Part shown: in pieces, positions 56,603-64,000 of the stretch | Layout of the letters: every line of letters begins with the position of its first letter | Position numbering within the stretch: position 1 is the first letter of the stretch | DNA from: Octopus vulgaris | Lineage: Eukaryota | Length of the DNA: 64,000 nucleotides | Assembly: GCA_951406725.2 (NCBI GenBank) | Contig: OX597838.1 | Span: forward strand, 14,446,001-14,510,000 | Direction of reading: 5' to 3' | Notes under the pieces: model-generated | Databases searched by the model: none | The model's input: the letters and a program-made list of their open reading frames with translations, nothing else | Told to the model about the DNA's origin: nothing | Position numbers and translations under genes: made by a program

Positions 56603-57340
56603 TCATTTGTGAATTTTCCACCCTCACTTCTATACTTCCATTTGTGATTTTCCACCCACACTTCTATACTTCCATTTGTCATTTTCCATCCACACTTCTA
56701 TCCTTCCATTTGTGATTTTCCACCCACACTTCTATCCTTCCATTTGTGATTTTCCACCCACACGTCTATACTTCCATTTGTGATTTTCCACCCACACTTC
56801 TATACTTCCATTTGCCATTTTCCATCCACACTTCTATACTTCCATTTGTGATTTTCCACCCACACTTCTATCCTTCCATTTGTGATTTTCCACCCACACT
56901 TCTATCCTTCCATTTGTGATTTTCCATCCACACTTCCAGTTGTGATTTTACATCCACACTTCTATCCTTCCATTTGTGATTTTCCATCCACACTTCCAGT
57001 TGTGATTTTACATCCACACTTCTATACTTCCATTTGTGATTTTCCACCCACGCTTCTATACTTCCATTTGTGATTTTCCACCCACACTTCTATACTTCCA
57101 TTTGTGATTTTCCACCCACGCTTCTATACTTCCATTTGTGATTTTCCACCCACACTTCTATACTTTCATTTGTGATTTTCCACCCACACTTCTATACTTC
57201 CATTTGCAATTTTCCACCCACACTTCTATACTTCCATTTGCAATTTTCCACCAACACTTCTATACTTCCATTTGCAATTTTCCACCCACACTTCTATACT
57301 TCTGTTTGCAATTTTCCGCCTGCACGTCTATATTTCCATT
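56603..57340. repeat. 34-bp minisatellite, about 21 units
   Basis: Unit CCATTTGTGATTTTCCACCCACACTTCTATACTT (TCCA at 56637, 56671, ...), with a 60-bp higher-order duplication at 56881-57000. Confidence 0.95.
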
Positions 57341-57519
57341 TGTGCTTTTACACCAACAGTTTCACCTTCGTGTTGTTTACTCCACCCTTCCACATTTCAA
57401 GATCTACATTCCACATTTGTATTCTATCATCCAACACTTCCATATTTCGCATAACATAAACTATGCACTCAGAGATATTTATTTCACAAGAGGAAAAAGT
57501 GAGAACGAAAAGGAAGCGC

Positions 57520-57830
57520 GTGTAACGGAGCAAATTATCAAAATATGGCGACGTCTATGGTCTACTTTGTTTCGTACCGGTTTCGTCTGTATTGTTGTTA
57601 CTATTATTGTTGTGTTTGTTGTTGTCCTTATTGTTGTTGTCGCTGTCATTGTTATTCTTATTGTTGTTCACGCTTCACACTCCTCTAAAAGCCGATTATT
57701 TTCGAACAACATAGATTAAAGATAATCTATGATGAATATTTGACGACCGAATATCTTCACGGCATATTCACCCTTCTCCTCTCCTCTCCCCCTCCTTCCA
57801 AGCAGTCTCCATGGTAACGGCGGTCACATC
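57520..57830. promoter_or_regulatory. promoter-like island with YY1 and RFX X-box motifs
   Basis: AATATGGCGAC at ~57543-57553; GTCTCCATGGTAAC at ~57806-57819. Confidence 0.4.
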
Positions 57831-58323
57831 GTTGTTGCTATTGTTGTTGTTGCTGCTGCTGTTCTTATTATTTTCGTTGTTGTTGTTGTTATTGTCGTTG
57901 TTGAAGCTCATGTCTGAGCACTCCAATCGTGACCATCCTCTCTTTATCTTTTCTTCAGATGCAAATCTATCTTTCATTTTTCAAGGCGGTGTGGTGTGGT
58001 TTGTGGGATATTTGGTTCTTTTTCTCCTCATAGAGTTTCCCCCATCCCGACCCGCGGGTCATCATATCTATATGTATTTAGTCTCACATTGAGGGTTATT
58101 TTTGTTTTTGTTTTTTCATTCTTTTGTCTTATTTTATGTTCAGCTTAAGTAAAACTCGGACGAAACGGGTTTCAAAGTGAATTCTCATAAGTTATTTAAT
58201 AACAACGAAACGGATGGACTCATTTTTCAATTCAAACAAACTGTACGAAGCCGCTCTCTCTCCCTATCTTCCCCCTCTCTATCCTTCTTCCTTTCTTTCT
58301 TCTTTCTTTCTTTCTCTCTCTTT

Positions 58324-58369
<46 letters not shown>

Positions 58370-58493
58370 CTATCTCTATCTTTCTCTCTCTATTTCTCTC
58401 TGTATATGTATGTATGTATGTATGTCAATGTATCATCAATATATTTATGATTGCATGCACGTGTATGTATATATGTATGTATGTATGTTTGTA

Positions 58494-58531
<38 letters not shown>

Positions 58532-58553
58532 CATACACACTCAAACACATACA

Positions 58554-58625
<72 letters not shown>

Positions 58626-58821
58626 TGTATGTGTGTTTGTATATGTATTTAGTTTGAAATGAGGACTGACTCCACCCATTTTATTATCATTAAAAAACTC
58701 ATAACAATTCGCTTCCAAATACGTCTGGTTCGAACTACGCTAAAGCTGAAAATATAATAAAAAGATAAATAAAAGAGTAAAGAAAATTTTCACTGCGAGG
58801 TTAAAATACATGTAGATATAT

Positions 58822-58982
58822 AGGCGCAGGCGTGGCTGTGTGGTAAGAAGCTTGCTTCCCAACCACATGATTCGAAGTTAAATCCCACTGCCTGTTACCG
58901 TGGACAAGTGTCTTCTACTATAGCTTCAGGCCGATCAAAACCTTGATTGGATTTGGTAGATGGAAACCAAAAGAAGCTTGTC

Positions 58983-59020
<38 letters not shown>

Positions 59021-59159
59021 TTACATCAAGATTAATCAGCCGAAATTGCGAGGATGATCCGGTTCTCGACTGAAGATCGAAGGCTTCGAACTTCACGTCC
59101 GTGTTTTTTGATTCGTCTTCTAAATGTTTTGCGTTCTTGTCCCAGTTTGTATTTTTTTA

Positions 59160-59197
<38 letters not shown>

Positions 59198-59290
59198 TAC
59201 ACACACATACACACACACATATATATATATATGTTGTCAAGGCGGTGCTCCAGTATGGCCGCAGTCACCTGACTGAAAAAAGTAAAGGAA
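58822..59290 (+). mobile_element. diverged SINE family A with an insertion in its (TA)n
   Basis: Head at 58822-58986, insert at 59021-59160, tail at 59238-59290. Confidence 0.7.
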
Positions 59291-59301
59291 TACATATATA
59301 C

Positions 59302-59376
<75 letters not shown>

Positions 59377-59394
59377 AAGTAAAACAGGTAAAAC

Positions 59395-59730
59395 ATGAAT
59401 GATCATGGCTTTGCACCTAGAAAGTTCCCCTCCAAGGCACAACTCCAGGCTCGGCTGCTCATGGAGGACCAGCAGTCGCCCATGCATATCTGTCTCCTCC
59501 CATCACGCCATCGATGTTTTTTTTTTATCCAAGGGAAAGACACAAGCTGATACAGCTTGGCACCAGTGACATTGCAGCTCATCTCTACAGCTGAGTGAAG
59601 TGGAGCAGCGGGAAATAATTTTTTTTTTTTTTTTGCTTAAGAGCACAACACCACAGCCCGGTTCGGGAATCGAACTCACTACCTTATGATTGTGAGCCCA
59701 ACGCTCTAACCACTGAGCCATGCGCCTTCA
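59395..59730 (-). mobile_element. tRNA-derived SINE, family E
   Basis: Minus-strand head GAAGGCGCATGGCTCAGTGGTTAGAGCGTTGGGCTCACAATCATAAGGTAGTGAGTTCGATTCCCG (A and B boxes); a diverged body fragment also at ~160-260. Confidence 0.85.
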
Positions 59731-59937
59731 TAGGTAAATATAAGTAAACTCGAGCTGTTTCCTCTTTAAGCACATCTGCTTATTCCATTATTACGATCCG
59801 ATGTGAAACACGTCTAATGCCGAATTAATAATACCAAAAAATTTCCAATTTCCTGTTTGGTTATATACATACATACATACATACATACATACATACATAC
59901 ATACATACATACATACATACATACATACATACATACA

Positions 59938-59969
<32 letters not shown>

Positions 59970-60120
59970 CATACATACATACATACATACATACATACAT
60001 ACATACATGCATGCATACATACATACATACATACATACATACACCATACATACATACATACATACATCATACATACATATACATACATACATACATACAT
60101 ACATAAATACATACATACAT

Positions 60121-60151
<31 letters not shown>

Positions 60152-60152
60152 C

Positions 60153-60184
<32 letters not shown>

Positions 60185-60304
60185 ACGTACATACATACAT
60201 ACATACATACATACACACATACATACATACATACATACATATACATACATACATACATCATACATACACACATACATATATGTGCACGTATGATGTGCAT
60301 ATAG

Positions 60305-60368
<64 letters not shown>

Positions 60369-60374
<6 letters not shown>

Positions 60375-60477
60375 ATATATATGTATTCCTTTACTTGTTT
60401 CAGTCAGGTGACTGCTGCCATACTGCAGCACCGCCTTGAAAATATGTGTATGTGTGTGTACGTATGTGTGTGTACGA

Positions 60478-60547
<70 letters not shown>

Positions 60548-60648
60548 ATATATATGTATTCCTTTATTTGTTTCATTCAGGTGACTGCGGCCATACTGGA
60601 GCACCGCCTTGAAAATATGTGTATGTGTGTGTACGTATGTGTGTGTAC

Positions 60649-60700
<52 letters not shown>

Positions 60701-60803
60701 ATATATATGTATTCCTTTACTTGTTTCAGTCAGGTGACTGCGGCCATACTGCAGCACCGCCTTGAAAATATGTGTATGTGTGTGTACGTATGTGTGTGTA
60801 CGA

Positions 60804-60840
<37 letters not shown>
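60369..60840 (-). repeat. tandem triplication of a SINE A tail plus (TG)n
   Basis: GTAATAATATATATGTATTCCTTTA.TTGTTTCA.TCAGGTGACTGC.GCCATACTG.AGCACCGCCTTGAAAAT starts at ~60369, 60542 and 60695. Confidence 0.9.
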
Positions 60841-60845
<5 letters not shown>

Positions 60846-60967
60846 TTGTGTGTGTGTTGTGTTCAGAAACGAAGCTGTATTGGTAGCATTGTAATAATGT
60901 TTAGTATGTTGTGGTTTGGTGAACTGTCCTGCAATATGTGGAAATGATGTCAAGTCTTTTTGTTCGA

Positions 60968-61325
60968 TGGATCATCCGTCAGCGTCGACGAAGAGTGTTC
61001 GGTACTTCAATCAACTGAACAACGAACTACTTAAATTAACACGTAAGAGGCTGTGTATTCCACAGACAGTTATAACCTTGATATACTTCTCAGGTAGGGT
61101 TCATCGTAGCACATTATGTGAAACAAAACTGTATCTTTTGAATTACTAATACAATCCACCCGACGAGCTTGTGTACAGTTTTCGTCTACACATTTTCATT
61201 CACAGGGGTTGATGAGATCGACCTGACGACAAAGAAAAACTTGCTCGAGTTGCCACATAGCAGGATCGAACTCAGGACCTGGTGATTGCGAAGCAAACCT
61301 CGTACAAACTCACCCACACCAGCTT
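60968..61325 (-). mobile_element. old chimeric SINE (family A-like head, family C-like tail)
   Basis: 60968-61150 aligns by eye to the family C 3' region (CCGTC.G..CGACGA.GAG...AAATTAAC..GTAAG.GGCTG..TCCACAGAC); 61170-61325 aligns to the family A head. Confidence 0.6.
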
Positions 61326-61381
61326 CCTTTTCAGTGGAGTGTAAGTGAACTCGTCTGTATCGTGTGCAAGTTATGGGAATA

Positions 61382-61970
61382 AGGTATTACAGTGAAGTGG
61401 TGTGCCGCTACGTTCTGAGTTCAAATTCCGCCGAGGACGACTTTGCCTTTCATTCTTCCGGGATCGATTAAATAAGTACCAGTTACGCACTGGGGTCGAT
61501 ATGATCGACTTAATCCGTTTGTCTGTCCTCGTTTGTCCTCTGTGTTTAGCCCCTTGTGGGTAGTAAAGAAATAGGTATTATATTGAAGTGGTCTGCCGCT
61601 ACGTTCTGAGTTCAAATTCCACCGAGGTCGACTTTGCCTTTCATCCTTTCGGGATCGATTAAATAAGTACCAGTTACGCACTGGGGTCGATATAATCGAC
61701 TTAATCCGTTTGTCTCTGTCCTTGTTTGTCCCCTCTATGTGTAACCCCTTGTGGGTAGTAAAGAAATAGGTATTATATTGAAGTGGTCTGCCGCTACGTT
61801 CTGAGTTCAAATTCCGCCGAGGTCGACTTTGCCTTGCATCCTTTCGGGATCGATTAAATAAGTACCAGTTACGCACTGGGGTCGGTACGATCGACTTAAT
61901 CCGTTTGTCTGTCCTTGTTTGTCCTCTCTGTGTTTAGCCCCTTGTGGATAGTAATAGGTATTATAGTGAA
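61382..61970 (+). mobile_element. tandem trimer of a 5'-truncated SINE family B
   Basis: Three ~190-bp units starting TGCCGCTACGTTCTGAG, separated and flanked by AGGTATTA(C/T)A(G/T)TGAA. Confidence 0.9.
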
Positions 61971-62643
61971 ATGCAGTGAGGTGCAACGTGCGTATGGTAT
62001 TGTACAGGGTAGCGTAAAGTGGTGTGCTGTGATACAGTGTGGCGTGGTTTGTAGTGTACTATACTATAATGTAGTACAATGCAAGGTTGTATAATGTAAT
62101 GTGGTGCAGTACAGTATGGTGTACTGACGTGTGGTGTGGCGCTGTGTATGACCGTCTTGTTTTACTATAATCTGTGTAAATGATATCAACGAGGTCTTCT
62201 GGTGAAGTTTAGTATGGTGCTGTCTGGTGAACTGTCCTACCGTCTGTGGAAGCGATATCACCGAGGTCTTCTAGAAAAGGAAGAAGATATATCCGATGCT
62301 TATCAAAATATTATTTCACGTGATTGATGAAACTTGTGATTTATAAACTAAACTCTGCCGTTGGTATTTTAGCTATTCGCTCTCACAAAGATGAAACACC
62401 CTCCCCACACAGACAGTGAAAATGGCAGACGATGTGTTTACAAATGGCGGTCCTCAGCCGGTGACATCAGCCAAGTGTGACATAAATCTTGACAGGTTCA
62501 GTGGGAGGTGCAAGGCGCTGGTTGGCTGGCTGGCTGGCTGGTTGGTTGGTGGCAGCGGCGGCGGCGCGTAACACAATCGAGCGAACGTACGAGGTGGAGG
62601 TTGGTGGTCACATGAGATAAGGTAGTTTGGGTTCAGCGTAACT

Positions 62644-62674
<31 letters not shown>

Positions 62675-62675
62675 T

Positions 62676-63060
62676 CACAACCACACCACACACACACGCA
62701 CAAGCACTCACACAAACACACACACAAACAAACGCGTTCACACACACACACACACACACATACATACAACACCACCACCACAACTACACCACCCACACAC
62801 GCGCACAAGCACTCACACAAACACACACACACACAAACGCGTTCACACAAACACACACACACACACACACACATCACCACCACCACCACTATCACAACCA
62901 CACCACACACACACACGCACAAGCACTCACACAAACACACACACACACACACACGCGTTCACACAAACACACACACACACACACACACATCACCACCACC
63001 ACCACTATCACAACCACACCACACACACACGCACAAGCACTCACACAAACACACACACAC
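62676..63060. repeat. ~120-bp CA-rich tandem repeat, 3-4 units
   Basis: CACAACCACACCAC..GCACAAGCACTCACACAAAC..ACGCGTTCAC recurs. Confidence 0.85.
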
Positions 63061-63350
63061 ACACACACATATTCAAATACACACACACACACACGTACAC
63101 TCATACATTCAAATATGCACAGACAAATACTCATTCAAACATACAAATACTTACACACATGGTTATACACATACACGCACGTTCATTCAAATATATACAA
63201 TCGCTTACAGATGACTCACACATACGCATGCGCACACACACATATACATACATACAAGCATATACACATACATACTCGTGTACACCCATATATATATAGT
63301 TATACATACATACATTCATACATACATATACACCTGAACTCATACACAAT

Positions 63351-63676
63351 CGCTCGCTCGCTCGCTCGCTCGCTCACTCACTCACTCACTCACTCACTCA
63401 CTCATTCACTCACTCGCTCACTCACTCACTCACTCACTCACTCACTCACTCATCACTCACTCACTCACTCACTCATTCACTCATTCATTCACTCACTCAC
63501 TCACTCACACACTCACTCACTCACTCACTCACTCACTCGCTCAATCATTCACTCGCTCACTCGCTCACTCACTCACTCATTCACTCACTCACTCACTCAC
63601 TCACTCACTCACTCACTCGCTCACTCACTCACTCACTCACACACTCACTCACTCACTCACTCACTCACTCACTCAT
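63351..63676. repeat. (CGCT)n/(CACT)n microsatellite
   Basis: Direct reading. Confidence 0.95.
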
Positions 63677-63686
63677 TCTTAATGGA

Positions 63687-64000
63687 TGGAAGCACTCAGT
63701 CGGTTACGACGACGAGGATTCCGGTTGATCCGAATCAACGGAACAGCCTGCTCGTGAAATTAACGTGTAAGTGGCTGAGAACTCCACAGACACGTGTACC
63801 CTTAACGTAGTTCTCGGGGATATTCAGCGTGACACAGAGAGTGACAAGGCCGGCCCTTTGAAATACAGGTACAACAGAAACAGGAAGTAAGAGTGAGAGA
63901 AAGTTGTGGTGAGAGAGTACAGCAGGGATCACCACCATCCCCTGCCGGAGCCTCGTGGAGCTTTTAGGTGTTTTCGCTCAATAAACACTCACAACGCCCG
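63687..64000 (-). mobile_element. SINE family C, runs off the window end
   Basis: Near-identical to 2444-2756. Confidence 0.92.

Noticed and set aside
56603-57340. CRISPR array
   Set aside because: Contiguous tandem units without unique spacers, no cas genes, eukaryotic context.

Overview
This is AT-rich, extremely repeat-dense eukaryotic (animal) DNA, most likely intronic/intergenic sequence from a cephalopod (Octopus-like) genome. That assignment is inferred from the tRNA-derived SINE families and microsatellite density and was not verified by a search. No intact protein-coding gene, CRISPR array or rRNA is supportable, and nearly all ORF-track entries are microsatellite artefacts. The window contains: (1) several tRNA-headed SINE families (labelled A-E here; some nested, some with exact target-site duplications (TSDs), some multimeric or chimeric); (2) decayed LINE fragments (L1/Tx1-like ORF1 and ORF2, RTE, and R4/Dong-like elements with a restriction-like endonuclease); (3) DNA-transposon relics (mariner, a hAT MITE with an 8-bp TSD, a Helentron-like element); (4) a tRNA-Glu pseudogene, a 34-bp minisatellite, and several promoter-like motif islands. 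The most interesting signals are five ~200-bp (TA)n-associated elements carrying minimal type-I hammerhead ribozyme folds with non-canonical cores and compensatory stem changes, R4-like elements sitting in different microsatellites ((TACA)n versus (TAA)n), SINE multimers, and several long inverted repeats including a perfect 44-bp hairpin.
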